33,181 nt of DNA from Cyanobacteria bacterium J06626_4. Lineage in GTDB: Bacteria; Cyanobacteriota; Cyanobacteriia; Phormidesmidales; Phormidesmidaceae. The stretch is from contig JBCBJQ010000065.1 in assembly GCA_038523235.1 (NCBI GenBank), positions 1 through 33,181 on the forward strand. The letters are read 5' to 3'. This document shows, in pieces, positions 18,913 through 27,267 of this stretch; within the stretch, counting starts at the first letter, position 1; every line of letters starts with the position of its first letter. A model generated the notes under the pieces. The model had not been told where the DNA came from and ran no database searches. It saw nothing but the letters and a program-made list of their open reading frames with translations. A program made the position numbers and the translations under genes.

Positions 18913-20043
18913 GTGCCTGTGTCTACTGCGACTCAATCGAAATTTCCCCTCACGCTGACTAATCTGATTTCATTTGGGTTGCTGCTGTTCATTCCGGTCG
19001 CGATCTGGACGGAAAAAGCCGAGATGAGTCCCCTGATTGTGTTTGCGGTGTCGGCGATCGCGATCGTGCCCTTAGCGATGTGGCTCAGCACCGCCACCGA
19101 AGAAGTCGCAGTGATCACCGGCCCCAATATTGGGGGGCTGCTCAATGCCGTGTTTGGCAACGCCACTGAGCTGATTATTGCGCTGGTGGCGCTCAAGGCC
19201 GGCCTGGTAGACGTCGTGAAAGCGAGCATTACCGGCGCGTTGTTGGCTAACCTGTTGCTGGTCATGGGGCTGGCGATGGTGGTGGGCGGCATTAAATATA
19301 AAGAGCAAAAATTTGCCTCTATTGTGGCCCGCATTAACGGCTCTACCATGACGCTAGCGGTCACCGCCCTGGTTTTACCGGCGTTGCTGATCAAAACCTC
19401 AACGGTGGTCGCACCGGAAACCATCACCCATCTCTCACTGACAGTGGCGGTGGTTTTGCTAGTGGTCTACGCCCTCACGCTGGTTTTCTCCCTCAAAACC
19501 CATAGCTATCTTTATGATGTCGGCGTTAAAGATTTAGACATCGATCCAGAGGCTGCCGCCGCCGGCGAACATGCGGAAAAACCGAGTCTTTGGCTCTGGG
19601 CTGGGGTGTTGTTGGTAGCGACGTTGGGTGTCGCCTTCGTCTCAGAAATTTTTGTAGCCGCGTTAGAAGAGGCCACAGCCACCTTAGGATTCACCAGTTT
19701 GTTTTCGGGCGTGATCTTAGTGCCATTAGTAGGGGGCGCGGCTGAATACCTCACCGCCGTGCGCGTGGCCGCTAAAGACAATATGGATCTGGCGATTTCG
19801 ATCTCGATGGGGTCGAGTCTGCTGGTGGCGCTGTTGATTGTGCCGACACTGGTACTCGTCGGGCAGGCAATCGGGCAACCGATGGATTTGAACTTTAACT
19901 TGTTTGAGGTAGTGGCGATCGTGATTGCCTTAGCCTTAGTGAACCTCATTAGCCTGGATGGGCGTTCTAATTGGCTAGAAGGAGTCTTGCTGCTGGCGAC
20001 CTTTGTCATTTTAGGAACGGCCTTTTATTTCCACCCGGCGTAA
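18913..20043 (+). CDS. cax: Calcium/proton exchanger (CaCA family)
   Basis: GGLLNAVFGNATELII alpha-1 repeat, FSLKTH, DGRSNWLEG; many TM helices. Confidence 0.92.
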   Translation: MPVSTATQSKFPLTLTNLISFGLLLFIPVAIWTEKAEMSPLIVFAVSAIAIVPLAMWLSTATEEVAVITGPNIGGLLNAVFGNATELIIALVALKAGLVDVVKASITGALLANLLLVMGLAMVVGGIKYKEQKFASIVARINGSTMTLAVTALVLPALLIKTSTVVAPETITHLSLTVAVVLLVVYALTLVFSLKTHSYLYDVGVKDLDIDPEAAAAGEHAEKPSLWLWAGVLLVATLGVAFVSEIFVAALEEATATLGFTSLFSGVILVPLVGGAAEYLTAVRVAAKDNMDLAISISMGSSLLVALLIVPTLVLVGQAIGQPMDLNFNLFEVVAIVIALALVNLISLDGRSNWLEGVLLLATFVILGTAFYFHPA

Positions 20044-20316
20044 TCTGCTGGTTCCCTCAACTGCTGCTTCACCCACGATGACGAGAGGCGCAGCTATAGC
20101 GATCAGCTTCGTTGAGTTGAAGTAAACCTCTGGCCTGCTCGCCTCACTGCAATTTGCGAAAGTAGCTGACGGGCTTGTTTTAACCGAGCTATCGACAAGA
20201 GAATTTACAGCGTTGTCAGGCCCGTTTCCGCTTGTTTCAAAGCTCAGGACGCGGAAATTTATGCCCGCAGAAATTTTGAGAATTGCAAATTCCTCGGTAA
20301 TCCATTGATGGTTTTC

Positions 20317-20345
20317 TTGAGTCGAGATCCATTGATCCCTACAAT
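20317..20345 (+). promoter_or_regulatory. Sigma70-type promoter of the PRK-like gene
   Basis: TTGAGT-N17-TACAAT about 50 nt before the ATG, which has an AGGAGG RBS. Confidence 0.6.
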
Positions 20346-20395
20346 TATGAAGATCAGCTCATCAGCAAAAAGCCGCAGTTTGGCCAGGAGGAATT

Positions 20396-21349
20396 ATGCC
20401 CAACCGTCCAATTATTTTGGGGATTGTGGGCGACAGCGCAGCGGGTAAAACCACCCTCACTCGCGGGATCGCACAGATTTTAGGTGAAGACCAAGTAACG
20501 GCTATCTGCACCGATGACTATCACCGCTACGATCGCCAGCAGCGCAAAGACATGGGGATTTCGGCGCTGCATCCTGACTGTAATTATTTAGATATTATCG
20601 AGCAGCATCTGCAATTGCTGCGAGAAGGCAAGCCGATTCTGAAGCCGATTTACAATCACACTTCAGGGATGTTTGATGCGCCGGAATACATCAAGCCCAC
20701 TAAGTTTGTCATCGTTGAAGGGTTGCTGGGCTATTCGACGGCATTCGCTCGTGAATGCTATGACGTGATGGTTTATCTGGCCCCACCGGAAGAGTTACGG
20801 GCTCACTGGAAGATCAAACGGGACACCCGCAAACGCGGCTATACCGAAGATCAGGTGCTAGATCAGCTCAAAGCTCGGGAACCGGATTCGGAGGCCTATA
20901 TTCGTCCGCAACGTCAGTGGGCTGATGTGGTGGTGTCGTTTTATCCCCCCGATAGCGATGGGGGTAGCGATGATTTGCTATTGAACGTCAAGTTGGTGTT
21001 GCGTCCAACCATCCCCCACCCTGACTTCACGCATATTTTGGATGACACGGGCAACCATTTGGGCGACTCGATTCGTCTGGGGTTGGAGCGTGATATGGGC
21101 AAGCCCGTTGATCTCTTATCCATCGATGGCCATGCGACCCAAGAGCAGGTGCAGGAACTGGAGCGCATTCTCTGTAATGAGGTGCCCTTTTTGGGGCAGT
21201 TTTGTAGCCTCGAAGGGAATGAAGACATTGGTAAGCTCGTCGGCACGACGGGAGAAACGTTGCAGAGTTATCCCTTGGCTCTGACTCAGCTGTTTATCAC
21301 GTATCACATGCTCAAAGCCGACAGAGTCGCCAAGCAGTTAGTGGCTTAG
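20396..21349 (+). CDS. Phosphoribulokinase/uridine kinase family protein (non-canonical PRK paralogue)
   Basis: GIVGDSAAGKTT P-loop, CTDDYHRYDR, KPIYNHTSG, WKIKRD, YIRPQRQWAD. Confidence 0.88.
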   Translation: MPNRPIILGIVGDSAAGKTTLTRGIAQILGEDQVTAICTDDYHRYDRQQRKDMGISALHPDCNYLDIIEQHLQLLREGKPILKPIYNHTSGMFDAPEYIKPTKFVIVEGLLGYSTAFARECYDVMVYLAPPEELRAHWKIKRDTRKRGYTEDQVLDQLKAREPDSEAYIRPQRQWADVVVSFYPPDSDGGSDDLLLNVKLVLRPTIPHPDFTHILDDTGNHLGDSIRLGLERDMGKPVDLLSIDGHATQEQVQELERILCNEVPFLGQFCSLEGNEDIGKLVGTTGETLQSYPLALTQLFITYHMLKADRVAKQLVA

Positions 21350-21377
21350 TTCTTTCCGATTTGGTTGAACGTTTGGG

Positions 21378-21407
21378 GAGGCGTGGCAGTTCCACGCCTC
21401 TTTTTTT
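21378..21407 (+). terminator. Intrinsic terminator after the PRK-like gene
   Basis: gaggcgtgg-cagtt-ccacgcctc followed by T7. Confidence 0.88.
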
Positions 21408-21582
21408 ATGGAGAGAACTTTGCCCTTTCAGGAGTTTGCCGGCTCTCGCTTTATGAGTAGTTGTTGATCGGAGCAGATGGACTCATGCCAGTATTTTGCC
21501 CCTAACCCTTCCCCAATCTAGTGATTACAGGCTCTAGCAGAGACTCATTCGGCACTTTATCAGTAGAAGGCCCTAATTATCT

Positions 21583-21660
21583 TAGGGTGTGTCATCGCCT
21601 AGGGTAATGCACCAAAGCCAACCCTAGCAGTGCGTTGGGCTGTCGCCACAACGCACCCTA
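21583..21660. repeat. REP-like doublet (two inverted hairpins)
   Basis: Ends tagggtgtgt and acgcacccta are near-complementary; internal hairpins ggtgtgt...atgcacc and gtgcgttg...caacgcac. Confidence 0.65.
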
Positions 21661-21693
21661 TAGCAATGTTTTATCTCTGGCTACCACTTACTA

Positions 21694-21820
21694 GATACAG
21701 CAACCCGCAGTTTGGTCAGGTTATCCCAAATGGCCGCAATCATTATCTGGTAAACTTCTCAACTCCGAATTCCGTAGGACCTTGCACTTCCCGAAGGGTA
21801 TTCTACATTCCGAATTCTGC
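21694..21820. mobile_element. Small dispersed element, copy B (right end missing relative to copy A)
   Basis: About 81% identical to 8437-8562 by manual alignment, same orientation. Confidence 0.75.
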
Positions 21821-21849
21821 CGTACCCCACAAGCCGCCAATACGAAGGC

Positions 21850-21880
21850 TGTAGATAGGGTCGCGGCGACCTTCTCTACA
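21850..21880. repeat. GTAG-type REP-like hairpin after the RND permease stop
   Basis: tgtaga-t-agggtcg-cgg-cgacctt-c-tctaca. Confidence 0.6.
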
Positions 21881-21891
21881 GAGCCGCATCA

Positions 21892-24800
21892 CTATCGCTG
21901 CTGGGTCGGCAACATGAGCTGTTGAGCTTCATCTTGATCGGTTGAAAAGCGCTTTTTCGGAGTACCACCGCCTAAGATGCCAGTGCTTAACTGCTTCACC
22001 ACCACATAGAGAATCGGCACCACAAATAAGCTCAGCAGCGTAGCCACCAGCATACCGCCAAAGACCGCCGTTCCTAATGATTGACGACTGCCAGCACCGG
22101 CGCCGGTCGCAATCACCAAGGGAAAAATACTGCTGAGGGTGGAAATAGCCGTCATCAAAATCGGACGCATGCGCTGTTCCGCTGCCTCAAAAGCGGCCTT
22201 GGCAATGGGCAAGCCCTCGCACCGCAGCTGGTTCGCAAACTCCACAATCAAAATGGAGTTTTTGCTCGCCAGTCCGATCAGCATGACCAATCCGATCTGA
22301 CAGTAAGCGTCGTTAGGCAATCCGCGTAGGGTCTGGGCTAGCAGCGCTCCCAAAATTGCCAATGGCACAGCAAACAGAATCACTACGGGGTCAACAAAGC
22401 TCTCGTACTGGGCTGCCAGCACCAAAAAGACAAAGACTAAGCCCAGGCCAAAGATAATCGGTGCTTGGTTGCCCGACTCAATTTCCTCTAGGGATGAACC
22501 GGCCCACTCATAACCAATACTGGGCGGCAAGATTTCTGACGATAGCTGCCCCATCGTGTCGAGCGCGACGCCAGAACTAACACCCGGCGCAGGGGAGCCA
22601 TTAATCTCAATCGACCGATAGAGATTGTAGTGATTAATCAGTTGCGCCCCCGTCGCGGGGGTAATAGTGACCAGGTTGCCAAGGGAAATCATCTCGTCGC
22701 GCCCTGATCGCACATAGAGTTTGGCAACATCATCCGGGTCGGAACGAAACTGCTCGTCAGCCTGCACATAAACTCGGTAGGTGCGCTGCCCCTGGGTAAA
22801 GTCGTTGACATAGCGCGACCCCAGATAGGTTTGCAGGGTGCTAAAAATGTCATCGACATCGACATCCAGCGATTTGGCGCGCTCGCGATTCACATTGATC
22901 AGCAGCTGCGGCGTCGCAGCAGAGTAGGTGCTAAATACGCTCTGCAGGTTGGGGTGTTGATTGGCAGCACCAATCATCGCGCCCATATTGGCAACCAAAT
23001 CGTTCAGGCTCAGGTTACCCTGGCGATCTTGCAGCTGATATTGAAAGCCGCCGAACTGGCCTAACCCTTGAATCGCGGGAGGATTCACCGGAAACACCCG
23101 CGCCTCAGTAATCTGTGAAAACTGGCCAAACAGCTGCCCAATCATGGCCTCAGCGCTTTGACCCGGACCCCGCTCTGACCAAGGGATGAGGGTGGTAAAC
23201 ACCACGCCACTGTTAGAGGCGCTGCCGGTCAAGCTAAACCCACCCACCGCAAAGGTGGCCCGCACGCCTGGCATCTCTTGAATGATGTCTTCAACGCGGC
23301 TCATCACCTCATCGGTATAGCTGAGGGAAACTCCTTCTGGCCCTTGAATGAGCGTAATGAAATAGCCCTGGTCTTCATCCGGCAAAAAGGCCGAAGGCAC
23401 GCTGCGATAGAGCCAGCCGGTCATCACCAAAAGCGTGACAAAGGCTGCCAGCACCAGCGGTTTTACCCCATTGAGCCACTCCAAGGAACCGCGATAGCGA
23501 TGACGAATCCAGTCTAAAAAGCGGTTAAAGCGGTCAAAAATGGCCCCCAGCCAGCCACCAATCGGTGGTTTGTTGCGCAGCAGCAAGCCCGACAGGGTCG
23601 GCGTCAGCGTTAGAGCATTAAAGGTCGAGAGGGCGATCGCAAAGGCAATGGTCAAGGCAAACTGTCGATATAGCGCCCCCGTCGTACCGGGAAAGAACGC
23701 CACGGGAATAAACACCGCCATCAGCACTAGCGAGGTGGCAATCACCGCCCCGGTCAATTCTTGCATCGCGGCGATCGCGGCGCGGGCAGGCGGCATACCC
23801 AAATCTTGAATTTTGCGGGCGATGTCTTCGACGACCACAATGGCGTCATCCACCACCATGCCAGTAGCCAGCGTCAGCCCAAACAGCGTCAGGCTGTTAA
23901 TCGAGAAGCCAAAGATTTTAACAATGGCGAAGGTGCCAATTAGGGCGACGGGAATCGTCACCGCCGGAATGATGGTGGTGCGCCAGTCTTGCAGGAAAAT
24001 GAAAATCACCAGAACCACCAGCGCCACTGCCTGCACCAGGGTCCAAACCACCTCAGTCAGCGATTGCTCAACGTACTCAGTGGTGTCAAAGCCAATGCCG
24101 TACTCCATGCCTGGGGGAAACTGTTCAGCTAGCGTTTCCATGGTGGCTTTGACGCCTTGGGCCACTTCCAGCGCATTACTGCCCGGTAACTGATAAATCC
24201 CCAGCCCAATTGCTTCGTTGCCGCTAAACCGCAGGAAGGTGCTGTAGTTTTCAGCCCCCAGTTCAACTCGCCCGACATCGCTAAAGCGCACCAGCTCGCC
24301 ATTGTCACCAGTCTTGATGATCAGATTCTCAAACTCGCCGATGTCTTGAAACCGGCTGATCGCCCGCAGGTCAATTTGAAACTGTTGCGATTCATCGGAA
24401 GGGGGCTGCCCGAGCTGTCCCGCGCCCACCTGCACATTTTGTTCTCGCAGGGCATCGACGACATCATCTGCCGTCAGACTACGACTGGCGAGCCGCTGGG
24501 GGTTGAGCCAGAGGCGCACGGCGTAGGTTCTTTCGCCAAAAATGACGACATTGCCGACCCCCTGAACCCGTCGCAGCGCATCCACGATGTATAGGTCAGC
24601 GTAGTTGCTGAGAAAGATATCGTCGTAGGTGCCATCTTCGGTGTAAAGGCTCATCGCCAGCAAAATGTTGCTGCTTTCTTTGCTGACGGTGACCCCGGTT
24701 TGCAACACCGTATCGGGCAGCTGCGGTTCTGCTAGCGAGACGCGATTCTGCACATCCACCGCCGCGATGTCTTTATCGCGGCTGGCATCAAAGGTGACAG

Positions 24801-25074
24801 TGACGGTACTAAGGCCACTATTACTGCTGCTAGAGGTCATGTAGCGCATGCCCTCAACCCCATTGATTTCACGCTCAATGATGTTGGTGACGGTTTTTTC
24901 CACCGTTTCTGCATCGGCCCCAATGTAGCTGGCCGTCACGTTAATTTGGGTGGGGCTGATATCAGGAAACTGGGCAATCGGCAGCGTCGGAATGCTGATC
25001 AGCCCGACTAAAAGCAAAATCAGAGCGCAAACCGTGGCAAAAACCGGACGCTTGATAAAGAAATTGACAAACAT
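21892..25074 (-). CDS. RND efflux permease, HAE1/AcrB family
   Basis: FFIKRPVFA start, GMVVDDAIVVVE (TM4 Asp pair), SKNSILIVEFA, RMRPILMT; 1060 aa. Confidence 0.96.
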   Translation of the reverse strand: MFVNFFIKRPVFATVCALILLLVGLISIPTLPIAQFPDISPTQINVTASYIGADAETVEKTVTNIIEREINGVEGMRYMTSSSSNSGLSTVTVTFDASRDKDIAAVDVQNRVSLAEPQLPDTVLQTGVTVSKESSNILLAMSLYTEDGTYDDIFLSNYADLYIVDALRRVQGVGNVVIFGERTYAVRLWLNPQRLASRSLTADDVVDALREQNVQVGAGQLGQPPSDESQQFQIDLRAISRFQDIGEFENLIIKTGDNGELVRFSDVGRVELGAENYSTFLRFSGNEAIGLGIYQLPGSNALEVAQGVKATMETLAEQFPPGMEYGIGFDTTEYVEQSLTEVVWTLVQAVALVVLVIFIFLQDWRTTIIPAVTIPVALIGTFAIVKIFGFSINSLTLFGLTLATGMVVDDAIVVVEDIARKIQDLGMPPARAAIAAMQELTGAVIATSLVLMAVFIPVAFFPGTTGALYRQFALTIAFAIALSTFNALTLTPTLSGLLLRNKPPIGGWLGAIFDRFNRFLDWIRHRYRGSLEWLNGVKPLVLAAFVTLLVMTGWLYRSVPSAFLPDEDQGYFITLIQGPEGVSLSYTDEVMSRVEDIIQEMPGVRATFAVGGFSLTGSASNSGVVFTTLIPWSERGPGQSAEAMIGQLFGQFSQITEARVFPVNPPAIQGLGQFGGFQYQLQDRQGNLSLNDLVANMGAMIGAANQHPNLQSVFSTYSAATPQLLINVNRERAKSLDVDVDDIFSTLQTYLGSRYVNDFTQGQRTYRVYVQADEQFRSDPDDVAKLYVRSGRDEMISLGNLVTITPATGAQLINHYNLYRSIEINGSPAPGVSSGVALDTMGQLSSEILPPSIGYEWAGSSLEEIESGNQAPIIFGLGLVFVFLVLAAQYESFVDPVVILFAVPLAILGALLAQTLRGLPNDAYCQIGLVMLIGLASKNSILIVEFANQLRCEGLPIAKAAFEAAEQRMRPILMTAISTLSSIFPLVIATGAGAGSRQSLGTAVFGGMLVATLLSLFVVPILYVVVKQLSTGILGGGTPKKRFSTDQDEAQQLMLPTQQR

Positions 25075-25152
25075 GAAGCAGCTTTCCTAACAGCAAGGGG
25101 GCGATTGCAGCATCTATTCTCGTTATCGTGGCGGAGCAGTCAACGGCTGCCC

Positions 25153-26532
25153 TTAAGGATCTTCGGCCTCTGGCGGCTCGCCCTCCCCTTGCGGAAGGAT
25201 GGGCATCCCGTTTTGCAGGTTCAAGATGCCAGAGACAACCACCACATCGCCAGGATCTAGCCCCTCTAGCACCTCGTAGTCATTTCCCTGAATATCGCCC
25301 AGCGTGACGGCTTGCTGGCGGGCCACTTGGTCGGGTACGGGCATGCCTTCTGGCATGGCTTCCGGGGGCGGCAGTTCTTCTGGGGTCCCGGCATCGGCAA
25401 TGTACACAAACGTTTCATTACCGATGCGGTAAATGGCTGTGGTTGGCACCAAAACGCCGATATCTTCGGCCCACACTAGCCGCACTTCTACCTGTTGCGA
25501 ATCTTGCAGAGCGCCCTGACCGTTCTCAAAGCGGGCTTTGATCAAGACAGTTTGGGTATCCGCATTGGTTTGCGGCGAGATAAAGCTGATGCTGCCGGTT
25601 GCCGCCGTTTGGGTGCCATCGGCTGACAGTAGCTCGACGGGGAGCCCAATTTGCAGGCGATCGCGCTGCTCAATGGGCACTCGCAGTTCTAACTCTAGGG
25701 TGGCGTTGTCGGTGATGTTGGCAATCGTGTTGCTCGGGGTCACATAGTCCCCCAATTTATAGGCGAGGTCGCCCACCACGCCCGCGATCGGTGCCGTCAC
25801 AGTGCGGTCTTGCAGATTCTGCTGCGCCGCCGCTTGATTGGCCTGGGCTTGGGCTAATGTCGCCTCCGACTGGGAGAGGCTCGCCTGCTGCGCCGCAATT
25901 TCGTTACGGGCTGACGCCAGATTAGCCTGCGCGACTTCCAGATTACGGGTTGCCAGGTCAAGTTCCTGCTGCGATTGCGCCCCCTGTTCGACCAGCGATT
26001 GGGTGCGCTCAAATTCGGCTTCTTCTAGGGCCAGCTCGGCCTCTAGCTCGGCCTGTCGTGACAGCAGCGACTGCAACGAGGCTGAGGAGGCTTCACGGGC
26101 GGCGCGGGCCGCCGTCACATTTGCCCCAGCGGCGTCGGCTTCGGCCTGGGTGCGATCAGGACTGATTAGCATGATCGGCTGACCTGGAGCGACGCGATCG
26201 CCTGCCGTCACAAAGACCTGCGTGATGCGTCCCGCCACCTCGGGCTGCAAAACGACGCCGGTTTGGGCTTCTAAGCTGCCCAAAAATTCGGAACTATCTT
26301 GCACAGTACCCGTTTGAACGGGTGCTAGCTCTACCGGCACGCCTGGTGGCCCCTGCATGCCACTGGGCGGCCCTGAAGATAGCGTGCGCCAAAGCACGAC
26401 TCCGCCCCCCAGCAGCAAAATACCGAGACCACCCGCAATGAACCAGCGCCCTTGACCCGATGGGCGGTTGTGAACAACGCTGGAGGACAAAGATTCGGAG
26501 GAAACCAGCTTTGGCGAGGTCATAGCCCACAC
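25153..26532 (-). CDS. RND periplasmic adaptor (membrane fusion protein)
   Basis: N-terminal TM helix, lipoyl half-motifs PEVAGRITQVFVTAGDRV and TAPIAGVVG, long helical hairpin; start may be ATG at 26523. Confidence 0.93.
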   Translation of the reverse strand: MWAMTSPKLVSSESLSSSVVHNRPSGQGRWFIAGGLGILLLGGGVVLWRTLSSGPPSGMQGPPGVPVELAPVQTGTVQDSSEFLGSLEAQTGVVLQPEVAGRITQVFVTAGDRVAPGQPIMLISPDRTQAEADAAGANVTAARAAREASSASLQSLLSRQAELEAELALEEAEFERTQSLVEQGAQSQQELDLATRNLEVAQANLASARNEIAAQQASLSQSEATLAQAQANQAAAQQNLQDRTVTAPIAGVVGDLAYKLGDYVTPSNTIANITDNATLELELRVPIEQRDRLQIGLPVELLSADGTQTAATGSISFISPQTNADTQTVLIKARFENGQGALQDSQQVEVRLVWAEDIGVLVPTTAIYRIGNETFVYIADAGTPEELPPPEAMPEGMPVPDQVARQQAVTLGDIQGNDYEVLEGLDPGDVVVVSGILNLQNGMPILPQGEGEPPEAEDP

Positions 26533-26540
26533 ACCTGAAT

Positions 26541-26556
26541 TAAACTGAACGGTTTA
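26541..26556 (-). promoter_or_regulatory. Candidate TetR-type operator of the RND operon
   Basis: Imperfect palindrome TAAACTGAACGGTTTA (6/8 pairs) between a minus-strand TATGAT -10 (26571-26576) and the start codon. Confidence 0.5.
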
Positions 26557-26909
26557 GGTAATTTCTAAATATCATAGTGCAACGATCACTTTATTGTTGG
26601 AAAATAATAACGTTTTGCAGAACAAATGTTTTATCCGCATCAATCATGGAGAGATTTGCCCATGAGCGATACCCTCTTTCGATAGATTGTAGCCATTGCG
26701 GCGGGCACGGCGACGTTGTGAACCACACCATCAGCGCAACTAAATCATGCGCCACATTACCTGCGTGGGGTTGCCGGACTTCAACAGGCCGCAATATTGG
26801 CCGGATATCGGGCTAAATTTCTGGCCACAACCCATTAAAAGACTGTGGTCTAAACAGTCGACAGCACGTAAAGGGGGGGCCTCGCCACTGGTGCTTCTTC
26901 TGGCTAGTC

Positions 26910-27099
26910 ATACCAACTCTCCGAGTTTGGACTATTCATAGAATTGCCGTGGCGATCCCCCCAAACCCCTCCATAAAGAAGGCAGCTCAATCCAGACGTG
27001 GAATCGCTCCCTTTTTTGTGGCGTAGCCTGCCCGGAGGGCGTAGGGGCAGCGACAATGGAGGATCTTCGATCTGTAGCGCTATTTTGCAGAATTGGGAT
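26910..27099. mobile_element. MITE-like element (~190 bp) with nested short hairpin insert at 27021-27043
   Basis: Terminal inverted repeat ataccaactct / agaattgggat (9/11), inner gatcccccc / ggaggatc symmetry; right end recurs inverted at 328-370; no ORF support. Confidence 0.6.
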
Positions 27100-27267
27100 T
27101 GGGAAAGACGCGGTAGAGTTCAGTGGCGACCAGACCACATGAAATATCTGGCCTCATTGCTGTAATTAGCTAATTTTGATCGAAATCCCTTATTTTAGGT
27201 GTGAGCCCCCGCAGGCTCTCACCAACGGTTGAAAGTGTTGCTGTCAAGGCTGTAAAGCTCATTTGCC

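Noticed and set aside
8437..21820. Repeat pair as CRISPR repeats, a DGR template/variable pair or prophage att sites
   Set aside because: No array periodicity; mismatches are not adenine-specific; no cas, reverse transcriptase or integrase; the enclosed genes are core housekeeping genes
26577..26941. Short ORFs and a stop-interrupted frame in the RND/hpxO gap as a TetR remnant
   Set aside because: No HTH or other family signature recognised in any frame
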